Assembly: GCA_047634075.1 (NCBI GenBank)
Contig: JBLIDI010000001.1
Location: forward strand, 1-61,259
Source: Akkermansiaceae bacterium
GTDB taxonomy: Bacteria > Verrucomicrobiota > Verrucomicrobiia > Verrucomicrobiales > Akkermansiaceae
DNA length: 61,259 nt
Direction of reading: 5' to 3'
Position numbers and translations under genes: made by a program. Positions 47,601-56,041 of the stretch are shown here, one piece after another (position 1 is the stretch's first letter; every line of letters begins with the position of its first letter). Under the pieces are notes generated by a model. It did no database searches, was not told where the DNA came from, and worked only from the letters and a program-made list of their open reading frames with translations.

Positions 47601-50600
47601 ACGCTGACGTCGTCGAGGAGGAACTCGCCTGAGTCGAGCAGGGCGATAAGGAATTCGTGGTAGACATTGTTGCCGATGCCGTCGCTTACCGCGACGTCCT
47701 CGTAGGTGTAACTGTTCCAACCGCTGCGCGCGGACTCGGTGCTCGGGGCCCAGGCCGTGGCGGGGTAATTGTCCGCGTTCGGATCGCGCAGTTCCAGACT
47801 GGACCCGCCGCCGTCGGCTTTGCCATGCCACTTACCACCATCGAAATAGGTGATCTCATCCGCTGGGTTGCCGCGACCGTCCTCGAGGACGAGGTGGTCG
47901 CCGCCGTTACCCAAGCTTCCCGCATAATCACCGACGATGGTGATGCCCGGATACTTTTGCGAGAGAGCAGTGGCGTCTTTGGCGACAACGAGGTAGTCGC
48001 CTGAACCGAGCATCGTAGCGACAGGGAAGTTGTAGCGAATTCCGCCGTTGATCTCCCAAGTGCTGAGATCGATAGTGGAAGCTCCGCGGTTGTAGAGTTC
48101 GAGCCATTCTTCGTCGCGCTCGGCATAGGGCGAGGCTGGTGTGCCAGGGGTCTCGAACTTTCGCAAACTGGTGCGCAGGCCGAGGACGAGATCGCTGCTG
48201 CCGGTGCTGGATTGGTGAATTTCAACCGAGAGAAGGTTGCTGCCTTGGAGGATGTTTGGGTTACTAAAGGAGAGTGTCCCAAGGGTTGCGTTGGTGACCG
48301 TGGTGCCGGGTGTAATGGGAGTGAAGGGTCCTGGGGCCATGTTGTAGCGGCCGATCTCGGCGCCGTTTAGATAGAAAATGGCGCCGTCGTCGATGTAGTG
48401 CTCGAAGGTAATTTGATCGACGTCTGCTGGGTCGTTGTAGCTGAACTCAGTTTCGAAGTAGTAAGGGATTTTTGATTCACGGGTGACGGCTGTTAGGATG
48501 GCTTCGTCAAGTGTCCCGGTTTCAAATCCGAGCAGGCCGGGACCCTGTGACCAACTGAGGTCATCGACTGTGTGGGCGCGGCCTTCCCATCCGGAGGGCA
48601 AACCGCCAGTGCCGGCGTCGAGGTTGTAGCGCCAGACATGGTTGAAATCCATGACTTGAACGTGAGCGTAAGTCGGCGGCGTGCCGGAGGTCGAGCGCAC
48701 CGGATAGGCGTGGTAAAAAATCTCGTTGACGACAATGGCATCCTCGAAGGTGAAGGCGTTGGCGCTGCCGAATGTGGCTGTGTCAGGATTGAGCCAGCGT
48801 CCTGTGCCGTCAGGACTGCGGCCTTTTAGTTGATCGTCGACTCGAGCCGAATCGATGAGAGCTGCCTTTCCTGCGGTGAAGAGAAACAAGCGATCGTTGT
48901 CTGCGGGGGTGAAGCCAAGTGCGGTGGCGTCGATCGTGTTAAATGTTCTGGGGGCGAGGATGCTGGCCGGAAAAGTGGAGTCACTATGGTGAGAATTGGA
49001 GGAGGTGATGACCATGCCGCCGAGTGCGATCGGCAGGGTGCTGTGGTTGTGGAACTCAAGCTGGAAGGTCGGCGCAGTCGAGGCGGCGACTTCATTAAAG
49101 GCGATCGCTGGGAGGAGTGCCTGGATGTTGGTCCCGCCGGGCGTGCCGTTAGCGGCGGTACTGTGCGTCCAGTTTTGCGGATGGGCGCTCCCTGTCGCGG
49201 GGTCGATTTTTGCCAGCGTCGATCCCGAACCATCGGGACCCAGCGGCCACGGAGAGGTGTCGCCGTATGAGATCTCATCCATGATGCGGCGACGGTCGAG
49301 CGAATCGGAGCTCGCGCCGTTCGGACTTGCGCCAGCGATGGTGCGGAAAGCGCGATTGTTGTTAAACAGGCGTAGAGTCTCTCCGGAGTTTGAAAGGGTC
49401 CCGGCAAAGGGTCCGAGCGCGCCGGGGTAATTGGTAGGATTTTTGGCGATGATCAGGTAGCTGCGGGCGTCGATCACGGTGCCCTCCGGGAAATCAAAAG
49501 CGACACCGTCGATGCGCCAGTTGCTCAGGTCGACATCGACGGCGAGCTGGTTGTAAAGTTCGATATACTCAAGCGCATCGTTATCGTCCGCGGGGTGGTA
49601 GTGGATCTCGTTGAAGACAACGACACTGTCACGGGTCGTGTTGGTAGAACCGGACACTGGCCGTCCGACGGTTACCACCGGGAAACTCGCGTTGTCGTTG
49701 GGGTTGGTTCCTCCTGTGATTTCATCGCCATCGCTGAAGCCGTCGCTGTCGCTATCATTGTCGAGCGGGTCCGTGCTGTAAGTGTCGATTTCCTGGCCGT
49801 CGGTTAGGTCGTCATCGTCGGAGTCAGAGTGGTCAGGGATGGTTTGCTCAGTCCACTCGTCGACATCGTTGAGGCTGTCAGAGTCAAAGTCTCCGCTGCC
49901 ATCGCGGCTCAAATTCCCAAAGTAGAAGGTCTCCCAGTTGTCGCCCATGCCGTCGTTGTCGCTGTCGGTTGGATCAGTGATATCGACGGCTGAGTCGAAT
50001 GCGATGCCGGTCAGAGATCGGTTCTGGCCCAAGCTGACGATGTCGATGGTGATATTTGAGGTGCCTGTTGAAACGTCGAAGACGTGGTAGGCGACGCCGT
50101 TGTTCGGGTGATCGTAGGTGGTGGATTGGGAACCGCTGCCATCATCGACCGTGACGATGTATTCGGTGCCTTGATTGTCGCCTGAGGCGGTGATCACGGT
50201 GAGTCGGAAGGCGTCAAAGTTCGCGCGGGTGACGGTGAAGCGCCTCGTTCCACTGGAGTTGGCGAGGACCGGGGCGCTGGTGATAACATTTCCCGCCGTG
50301 GGGTCTTCCAATGTCCCGAAGTTGCCATTGCCCGACCACATCCCGATGTTGGTGTCGATACTGGTCACTCCTACGCCAGCGGGAAGGTTGTAGGCGTTGT
50401 TAGGGTTTGCGGACGAGATGTCGTAGGGTTGTGTGTAGACGCTGTCCGCCGCCGCCAGCCCATAAATGAGATAGCCGCTCGTGCCGTACTCTTGGTCTGC
50501 GTCGAGATTGGCAGCGGTGCGCCAGTTCGCACCAGCGGTCGAGTCAACCCCCACGATGGTGACAGATGCGCTGAGGCTCATCGCGGTAGCGAGGAGTGGG

Positions 50601-50638
50601 AGCGCTGCAAAGGCGCCTTGGCGTAAGAGAGTCATCAT
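44696..50638 (-). CDS. Giant secreted protein: shared N-terminal module + TSP3-like Ca-binding repeats + lamin-tail domains + CBM-like region + CotH kinase-like domain + C-terminal beta-sandwich-like tail
   Basis: 1980 aa with a signal peptide. DxDxDG-type repeats (DSDNDGMGDNWE, DSDDDDLTDGQE, DNDSDSDGFSDGDE). LTD hallmarks (VVFNEIHYHP..YIELYN, EWLELYNRGASTIDLSTW, IRELHYNP..FEFIEILN). CotH-like block ..YDVGLRLKASGFGRFNSGHYGFNIRF...HNFRYYVRPTDQKIIVLQWDLDRSF (approx nt 45990-46870). Confidence 0.85.
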   Translation of the reverse strand: MMTLLRQGAFAALPLLATAMSLSASVTIVGVDSTAGANWRTAANLDADQEYGTSGYLIYGLAAADSVYTQPYDISSANPNNAYNLPAGVGVTSIDTNIGMWSGNGNFGTLEDPTAGNVITSAPVLANSSGTRRFTVTRANFDAFRLTVITASGDNQGTEYIVTVDDGSGSQSTTYDHPNNGVAYHVFDVSTGTSNITIDIVSLGQNRSLTGIAFDSAVDITDPTDSDNDGMGDNWETFYFGNLSRDGSGDFDSDSLNDVDEWTEQTIPDHSDSDDDDLTDGQEIDTYSTDPLDNDSDSDGFSDGDEITGGTNPNDNASFPVVTVGRPVSGSTNTTRDSVVVFNEIHYHPADDNDALEYIELYNQLAVDVDLSNWRIDGVAFDFPEGTVIDARSYLIIAKNPTNYPGALGPFAGTLSNSGETLRLFNNNRAFRTIAGASPNGASSDSLDRRRIMDEISYGDTSPWPLGPDGSGSTLAKIDPATGSAHPQNWTHSTAANGTPGGTNIQALLPAIAFNEVAASTAPTFQLEFHNHSTLPIALGGMVITSSNSHHSDSTFPASILAPRTFNTIDATALGFTPADNDRLFLFTAGKAALIDSARVDDQLKGRSPDGTGRWLNPDTATFGSANAFTFEDAIVVNEIFYHAYPVRSTSGTPPTYAHVQVMDFNHVWRYNLDAGTGGLPSGWEGRAHTVDDLSWSQGPGLLGFETGTLDEAILTAVTRESKIPYYFETEFSYNDPADVDQITFEHYIDDGAIFYLNGAEIGRYNMAPGPFTPITPGTTVTNATLGTLSFSNPNILQGSNLLSVEIHQSSTGSSDLVLGLRTSLRKFETPGTPASPYAERDEEWLELYNRGASTIDLSTWEINGGIRYNFPVATMLGSGDYLVVAKDATALSQKYPGITIVGDYAGSLGNGGDHLVLEDGRGNPADEITYFDGGKWHGKADGGGSSLELRDPNADNYPATAWAPSTESARSGWNSYTYEDVAVSDGIGNNVYHEFLIALLDSGEFLLDDVSVIENGSTEMIQNGDFESDTPGSRADKWRALGTHGSHGRTVVVTDPDSPGNQCLHIVATGPTGDKHNKLETTFDNSERVTAGATYRISFRAKFLSGSNQVNTRLYFNYLQRTTTLPTSEIWGTPGTLNSNALGNSGPTLKGLAHAPVVPDANQSVNVAIDAADPDGISDLTLYYSSNGGAFQSSPMAAGPDGIRHLGTIPGQSANRIVRFYVQATDNANATTFYPAGGPEGGAFYKIQDGLADNSGVRHNFRIVMSNSDQSFLFDRTNRLSNDRFPVTVIEDEKKVYYDVGLRLKASGFGRFNSGHYGFNIRFQPDQLFRGVHGTISIERSPNLKEILAKHLMNRAGGSYASFYDDVAHIITPTTGDRGIGLLSMARQTGTFFDGLFPDADETGTLFNQELLYNPNGTDGGPEGLKIGNPYNHTNGRYDLEDRGLDKEPYRWGFQIRSARGRDDYRPLIALNQAMALSGTALKTALDEIIDVDQWMRTFAMMSLNGTDDIYSRIWEHNFRYYVRPTDQKIIVLQWDLDRSFQLGTTSSVTPSRNSVTKIFAIPQYRRLFDGQLNDLIETTFNSTYTTSWASHFGTLTGGGLTDLPGYISGRANHIANSLPSEVPFLITTNGGNNFTEADTAVDLTGSGWIDVFSIAVNGLPQVVTWTDADSWQISVPISVGPNLLSLKAYNNQGLEVGNDAITVTNTGSVTLANADNTIIRELHYNPIEASAVEIAAGFADSDAFEFIEILNTSEAIGIDLSGASFTDGIDFIFPQGLTLAPGARLLIVANQAAFEFRYGTALATIAGQFFGQLRNSGEHVRFEAADTSTIADFTYGDDNPWPMGSDGTGYSLVFSGTDPNSALAWRTSTTLGGSPGSDDGQSFTGTAEELVSYAVQSALTPVVIGDSFQVSFLQNLASDDALVIAEYSTDLIDWIPLSSADLQSRLNQGDGTTRVSYQNPLTLSTELHQFVRLRVMTR

Positions 50639-50714
50639 CTAAGGGGTGGGTCGGTCAGGGCCTGCTTACTGGGATTAGTAAAGCGCATCTCGGATCAATT
50701 TGCGATGAGTGAGA

Positions 50715-52847
50715 CTACTCTTCGCGAACGCGATAGTGCTTCTTCGTCTCAATTGCCGCTGGTCTGTCGACAATCACCGTGGTGGCTGTCGCGGGCGAGG
50801 CAGCGGCATCTATTTCTGTGAGCAAGTCGATCCAGGTTTCCAGATCGAGGGAGGCTTCTACCGTGTAACTTTTCCCAGGAATGGTCGTCCAGGTGAGCTC
50901 GATGGCATCATCTTCGGTGTGGCGAATGTCACTTACTCTGAGTCCGCCCTGCGAGGCGCTGACGTGGAGGAATTGGAAACCACTCCAGTTTGCCTCATTC
51001 GATACGCCGGGGTCGATCGACCCGATGATTTTTCCGTCGCTACCAGCTATCCCGGTGAATTCGAAGCCTGCGGTGCCGACGTTGGTCGGCGTTTCGTCGT
51101 TGAGGTCGCCGTCGCCATTGGTGTCGACCGTCAGCAGCATGTCGCGGGCGACGCTACCATAGGCGAAAAAGGTAAAATTGGACTGCGGGGCAACACCGGA
51201 GATTTCCCACGCCGCGCTCGCCTCTGCATTGCCCGCGTTGACAAACAGGTAGTCGTTGGCAAGAGGGTCGTTTTGAGAGGCATTAGTCCAGCTTGAGACA
51301 GTGCCGGTGAGCGAGAAGGTGACTCCGCTGTCATTGCCGTTCGCATCGACCAGGTCGAAGCTCGGATCGAGAGCCACGTTCGGGTGTCCAGGCAGGGTAA
51401 GGGCATTCCACACGCCCGTCATGATCCCAGCACGAGGTTCGAAGCCACTCATCATCAGAACGGGATCGATGGCGAAGGCTGCTCCTTCTGGGTTGCCTTG
51501 GAGATCAACGCTGATGAGCCCGGCGGGGACGGGCGGAATGCTCGCGCTATTTGTCGGATCCGAACCGTTAGATATCTCTGCGTTGTCGGCGGTTCCGTCG
51601 CCATCGGTGTCCGCGTTATTCGGATCAGTGATGTAGCCGTTGGCGCTGTCGATCTCGGCAAAGTCAGCAATGCTATCGCCATCGGAGTCTGGATTATTAG
51701 GGGAGGTGGGGTCGCCGGGGGCTACTCCAAGGATCCCTCCGTTGTAAGGGTTAAGGTTACCACCGACTTCGTCGCCGTCTTCAATGGTGTCATCGTCTGA
51801 GTCCGGGTCGAGGGCATCGGTCGAGTTCGCAAGCTCGGCCGCATTGTCGAGTCCATCGCTGTCAGGATCTTCGCTGGAGTCATCTACGAGAGGGTCGAAA
51901 CCAGAGGCGAAATTATCAACCTCGAATTGATCATTGTAGCCGTCGTCGTCAGTATCGCGGTCCGTGGGGCTGGTCGAATGGGTATTGACTTCCTCGCCAT
52001 CATTGAGGCCATCGGAATCGCTGTCAGCAACCTTTGGATGGGTCAGGTTTTGCCACTCTTCCAAGTTGCTGAGCCCATCCGTCTCTTCGTCAGTAGCAGG
52101 ATCGACGATCCCGACGCCTCCAAAGTAGAACTCCTCCCAGTTGTCGCCGATCCCATTGGCGTTCAGGTCACTCGGGTCGGTGAGATCAACGGTATCGGTG
52201 TCGAAAGCGATTCCCATGAGGCTCCGGTTTTCGGGGGTGCTGGTGATGTTGATTAAGATGTCGCTGTTGCCGTCGGAAACAGCGAAGACGTGGTAGGCCA
52301 GGCCGTTCGTGACATGGGCGTAGTTCGAACTCGCGGAACCGGAGCCGTCATCGAGTGCTACGGTGTATTCCGTGCTCTGGTTGTCCCCGGAAGCCATCAT
52401 GATCGTGATCTGGAACGGCTCGCTGGCAGCGCGCGTGACCGTGAACTGCCTGGTTCCGGTTGAGTTGGCAAGGACGGGGGCATTCGTGATTGCGTTGCCG
52501 TTTCCGGGATCCTCGATCTCGCCAAAGTTGGCGTTGTTGCCGGACCACATGCCAATGTTGGTGTCTACCGTCGAAACGGAAACTCCGGCGGGTAGATTGT
52601 AGGCGTTAAGAAGATTGGTATCGCTGATATCGAAATCTCCGTTGTAGACGGCATCAGCTTCGTTGAGTCCGAAAACCACGTAACCTGCGGTGCCATACTC
52701 GTTGTCAGCCTCAAGGTTGGCAGCGCTACGCCAGTTCGGGCCGGTAGTGGCGTCCACGCCGATCGCGGTGACAGTCGCGCCTGCGGTCGAGGCCCCGAGG
52801 AGGAGGGCCGAAACGGTGATGAGTTTGGTAAGATGAGGCATTTTCAT
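50715..52847 (-). CDS. Secreted protein: shared N-terminal module + long TSP3-like Ca-binding repeat region + unassigned domain + C-terminal beta-sandwich-like tail
   Basis: ORF trimmed to ATG 52845-52847 (MKMPHLTKLITVSALLLGAS). Many DxDxDG repeats (DSDSDGLNDGEE, DTDDDGYNDQFE, DPDSDGLDNAAE, DSDGDSIADFAE, DTDGDGTADNAE). The tail is ..LTWTTIPGKSYTVEASLDLETWIDL...HYRVREE. Confidence 0.8.
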   Translation of the reverse strand: MKMPHLTKLITVSALLLGASTAGATVTAIGVDATTGPNWRSAANLEADNEYGTAGYVVFGLNEADAVYNGDFDISDTNLLNAYNLPAGVSVSTVDTNIGMWSGNNANFGEIEDPGNGNAITNAPVLANSTGTRQFTVTRAASEPFQITIMMASGDNQSTEYTVALDDGSGSASSNYAHVTNGLAYHVFAVSDGNSDILINITSTPENRSLMGIAFDTDTVDLTDPSDLNANGIGDNWEEFYFGGVGIVDPATDEETDGLSNLEEWQNLTHPKVADSDSDGLNDGEEVNTHSTSPTDRDTDDDGYNDQFEVDNFASGFDPLVDDSSEDPDSDGLDNAAELANSTDALDPDSDDDTIEDGDEVGGNLNPYNGGILGVAPGDPTSPNNPDSDGDSIADFAEIDSANGYITDPNNADTDGDGTADNAEISNGSDPTNSASIPPVPAGLISVDLQGNPEGAAFAIDPVLMMSGFEPRAGIMTGVWNALTLPGHPNVALDPSFDLVDANGNDSGVTFSLTGTVSSWTNASQNDPLANDYLFVNAGNAEASAAWEISGVAPQSNFTFFAYGSVARDMLLTVDTNGDGDLNDETPTNVGTAGFEFTGIAGSDGKIIGSIDPGVSNEANWSGFQFLHVSASQGGLRVSDIRHTEDDAIELTWTTIPGKSYTVEASLDLETWIDLLTEIDAAASPATATTVIVDRPAAIETKKHYRVREE

Positions 52848-53048
52848 TGGGCTTGTTGGAGTTGCGGTTGAGGGAAGGATTTCTAGATTAAAGGAAAGCT
52901 CAGGGGAGACTCGAAATGGTTGGAATCGCGAAACCCCACGGAATGAGATTGGAGAGAGACATAAGGAGGTGGAAGATCGGGGCAATAAGCCCCCACGGAT
53001 CTGATTTTCCGGTGACCGCGAGTGGAGCAGGTTCAGCTACCGCGAAAC

Positions 53049-53789
53049 TTACCGGCGGCGGCGCAGAGCAATGCCGGTCATCCCGAGGCCGAGCAAAAGA
53101 GTGGAAGATAGTTCGGGGACAGGGAGGACATCGAACCCAATTCCAGTTAATGAACGGTTCTCGGCAGTGGACGCAATATCGATCACGATGTCGCTCGTGC
53201 CCGCAGAGATGTCGAAGACATGGAATGCGAGGCCATTCGCCGCGTGGTCGTAGTTCGACATCATGGACCCAGAGCCATCGTTGACAGTGAGGGTGAACTC
53301 CGTGCCCTGGTTGTCACCGGAGGCGGTCAGCAGGGTGAGCCGGTAGCCGGTGCTCAGCGCTCGTGAAACCGTAAATTGTCTCGTTCCGGTCGAGTTCGCA
53401 AGAACTGGCGCGCTGGTGATCGCGTTGCTGTTGCCTGGGTCCTCGATCGTTCCGAAGTTCCCGTTTCCAGACCACATGCCAATGTTGATGTCGACGGTCG
53501 AAACGGAAATTCCGGAGGGAAGGTTGTAGAGGTTCAACGGGTTGGTGTTGCCGACGTCGTAGTTGCCATCGTAAATAGAATCGTCTTGGTTGAGCCCGAA
53601 GACGACATACCCGGCAGTGCCATACTCGTTGTCGGACTCAAGGTTTGCAGCAGTCCGCCAGTTCGCCCCGGCGGTGGAATCAACACCGACGAAGGAGACT
53701 GCTGCGCTGGCACTTACGGCTAGGCTTAGAGTGAGCGCGAGTCCTGTGAGGTTTGTCTTGTTTTTCATAATCATAGGCTTGTTTTGCAA
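53049..53789 (-). CDS. PEP-CTERM protein consisting of the shared N-terminal module only
   Basis: Signal peptide, a ~190-aa module collinear with the two downstream genes, then VLPVPELSSTLLLGLGMTGIALRRRR (PEP-CTERM-type). Confidence 0.8.
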   Translation of the reverse strand: MQNKPMIMKNKTNLTGLALTLSLAVSASAAVSFVGVDSTAGANWRTAANLESDNEYGTAGYVVFGLNQDDSIYDGNYDVGNTNPLNLYNLPSGISVSTVDINIGMWSGNGNFGTIEDPGNSNAITSAPVLANSTGTRQFTVSRALSTGYRLTLLTASGDNQGTEFTLTVNDGSGSMMSNYDHAANGLAFHVFDISAGTSDIVIDIASTAENRSLTGIGFDVLPVPELSSTLLLGLGMTGIALRRRR

Positions 53790-53950
53790 TCTCCTTGGGG
53801 TAACGGAAGGTAGCTTGCTGAAGGATATTTTCGTCTATTGGAGATAGGACCGTGAACAACCCGATCTATTAAGGCAATAGTAAAAATCGCTCTGTTGATG
53901 TCTATTTGCTGCTGCTTGCCTGCTTGGGAGGATGAGGCATACTCGCCGCG

Positions 53951-54835
53951 ATGAAAGAAGGGAAGGGCCGTCGCAGATTTAGAAATATCGTCGTGGGTCT
54001 GTTGCTGGGATGCGGTTTTTCAATCAGTGGATGTTCGCATTCGGGAGAGCGAAATCTCGCAACCCTTCGCAAGAAGGTCATGGTTCCGGGTCGTCATGCC
54101 GAGGGGATTTGTTTTTTAAGAATGAAGCGGAAGTTCGCGGTGATTCTGGGGCGGGATTCTTCGGCCACCGGTGCTCTGATCGATGGACGTTATGTCCTGA
54201 CTGCGGCGCATAGCCTCTACGATCCGCCCTCGCAGAAAGGGAGTCTGCGAAGCATCCAGCTGGCCGTTGGGAGGGCGGATGTTTCCAAGGTGAATGATGA
54301 AACCGCCGACAGTCTTGTGCGGCGGGAGCGCGGGGATGTTGGGCGCTTGCCGCAGGACCAGGTCTGGAGTGTTTCTCCGGACTATCTGGCTCGGCTGACT
54401 CATCGGTCTCTCAAAAAATCGAGCGTTCCGTTGGTGCGGTGTGACTATGGTTTTGTCGATTTGGGGAAGGATTTCGGGAGGGGGAATTCCTTCCAGCTTT
54501 CGCGGGCGGTGGGGCATTTGAAAGTGGGGGATGTGATCAGCGTAGCGGGATATCCGGGTGAATCGAAGCGGATCAAAGGCGCGACCGGAGCGAGGCTTTT
54601 CGTGGGAGCGGGGAAAGTCACCACGATTCAGGGAAGCGTTTTCGGGTATGACCTCGAAACCTCAAAGGGCGTGAGTGGAGGTCCGGTTTGGATGGAGCGA
54701 GGCGGTCGGCGTTCCCTGGTGGGAATTCACCTCGGGTCGGACATCGGGGGAATGAAGGGCGCGGTGGGTCGGGTCATCGATGCAGCGCTTTTGAATGATT
54801 GGGATGCCTGGGTGGGGCTGAGAAAGCGACGATGA
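53951..54835 (+). CDS. Trypsin-like (V8/glutamyl-endopeptidase-like) serine protease, lipoprotein-type signal
   Basis: LLLGCGFSISGC signal/lipobox region. His motif LTAAHSL and Ser motif GVSGGPVW. Confidence 0.75.
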   Translation: MKEGKGRRRFRNIVVGLLLGCGFSISGCSHSGERNLATLRKKVMVPGRHAEGICFLRMKRKFAVILGRDSSATGALIDGRYVLTAAHSLYDPPSQKGSLRSIQLAVGRADVSKVNDETADSLVRRERGDVGRLPQDQVWSVSPDYLARLTHRSLKKSSVPLVRCDYGFVDLGKDFGRGNSFQLSRAVGHLKVGDVISVAGYPGESKRIKGATGARLFVGAGKVTTIQGSVFGYDLETSKGVSGGPVWMERGGRRSLVGIHLGSDIGGMKGAVGRVIDAALLNDWDAWVGLRKRR

Positions 54836-54885
54836 TGACACTTGAAAGAAAGACGGTTTCGGAGCATCTTTTCTAAGGAATTATT

Positions 54886-55584
54886 ATGAAAAACTCATCC
54901 CGTCTCCTCGCCGCCGTTGTTTCTTTAGCCTTCTCCTCCCTTGCCTTGGCGGATGATGAGAAAGCGGTTGCGCTCTTCAATGGTAAGGATCTCACTGGCT
55001 GGCACGTTGACGTTCCTGCTGCTGATAAGAATGCGGAGGTAAAGCCCAGCTTCATCGTTCGTGATGGCATGCTGGTGAGTCTTGGGAATCCTGGCGGGCA
55101 TTTGATCACGGACAAGGTCCACGAAAACTACCGCCTGGAGTTGGCGTATCGTTTTGCGGCCAAGCCTGGAAATTGCGGGGTGCTGGTGCATGCGTCCACT
55201 CCCCGGGCTCTCTACGGAATGTTTCCGGCTTCGATCGAAGTGCAAATGCACCATACCAATGCCGGTGACTTCTGGTGTATTGCCGAGAACATCGAGGTGC
55301 CCAATATGGAGAAACGCCGGCCCAAGGGTAAGAATCAGAAGTGGGGTGGCGAGGAGAGAGACTCGCGTCGCATTCTCAACCTCACGGATGGATCGGAGAA
55401 GCCAGTGGGCGAGTGGAACACCATGGTGATTGAGTGCCAGGGAGCCGAGCTGAAGGTTTGGGTCAATGGCGACATGGTGAACCACGGGAAAAATTGCACG
55501 GTCAGCAAAGGTCAGATTGCGCTGCAAGCCGAGGGAGTTGAGGTCGAATTCAAAGGCCTCACCTTGACGTCGCTCAAGAAGTAA
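54886..55584 (+). CDS. DUF1080 (3-keto-disaccharide hydrolase) domain protein, secreted
   Basis: Signal peptide, LFNGKDLTGWHV..., GEWNTMVIECQGAELKVWVNG..., GQIALQAEGVEVEFKGLTL. Confidence 0.85.
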   Translation: MKNSSRLLAAVVSLAFSSLALADDEKAVALFNGKDLTGWHVDVPAADKNAEVKPSFIVRDGMLVSLGNPGGHLITDKVHENYRLELAYRFAAKPGNCGVLVHASTPRALYGMFPASIEVQMHHTNAGDFWCIAENIEVPNMEKRRPKGKNQKWGGEERDSRRILNLTDGSEKPVGEWNTMVIECQGAELKVWVNGDMVNHGKNCTVSKGQIALQAEGVEVEFKGLTLTSLKK

Positions 55585-55814
55585 TCGTTGTGATCGCCAC
55601 GAGAGGAGAGGGGGGCGGCGGGGTCGCTTGACGCCGAACGAGAAATCTCCCTAACCCCCTTCGGAGAAGATGGTTTCGAGATCGCTCGAGTTCTCGATCA
55701 TTTCTTGAGCCGGCACATGTAGAATCACCCTCCCACCTTCGAATCCTCTAAATCTCTCGCAAGCTTTTCTTCTCCCTCCTTGCTTCTCGGCTGGTCTTAT
55801 CCAAAAATTACCCC

Positions 55815-56036
55815 GTGCCCAGTGAACCCATCATTACGACCGGCGAGGTCCTGCTCATTTTAAGCGACCGCGCCTTCCGGGTCAGCTTGCCCAATGGCAA
55901 GAAGGTGATTGCGCATCCCGCCAAGGCGCTGGAATCTCGCAAGGACGAGATTGTTCCGGGGGTCCGGGTCACTCTTGAAATGACGCCCTTTGATTTTGAA
56001 AAAGCACGGATCTCCGAGATCGTGCCAGCATCCTGA
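55815..56036 (+). CDS. Divergent IF-1-like S1/OB-fold protein
   Basis: 73 aa, GTG start. ..GEVLLILSDRAFRVSLPNGKKVIAHPA......IVPGVRVTLEMTPFDFEKARISEI is collinear with IF-1 (..GTV.E.LPN.MFRV.LENGH.V.AH.SGK....YIRIL.GD.V.VE..PYDL..GRI..R). It ends 5 nt before selB. Confidence 0.6.
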   Translation: MPSEPIITTGEVLLILSDRAFRVSLPNGKKVIAHPAKALESRKDEIVPGVRVTLEMTPFDFEKARISEIVPAS

Positions 56037-56041
56037 GAACC

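Noticed and set aside
55584-55814. Possible tRNA-Sec or other tRNA upstream of the IF-1-like/selB pair (a ttcgaatcc T-loop-like string at 55738-55746)
   Set aside because: The flanking bases cannot form a T-stem or acceptor stem on either strand, and there is no anticodon-loop context (cttcaaa). No tRNA-like cloverleaf was found by eye in any intergenic region, but a covariance-model scan was not possible.
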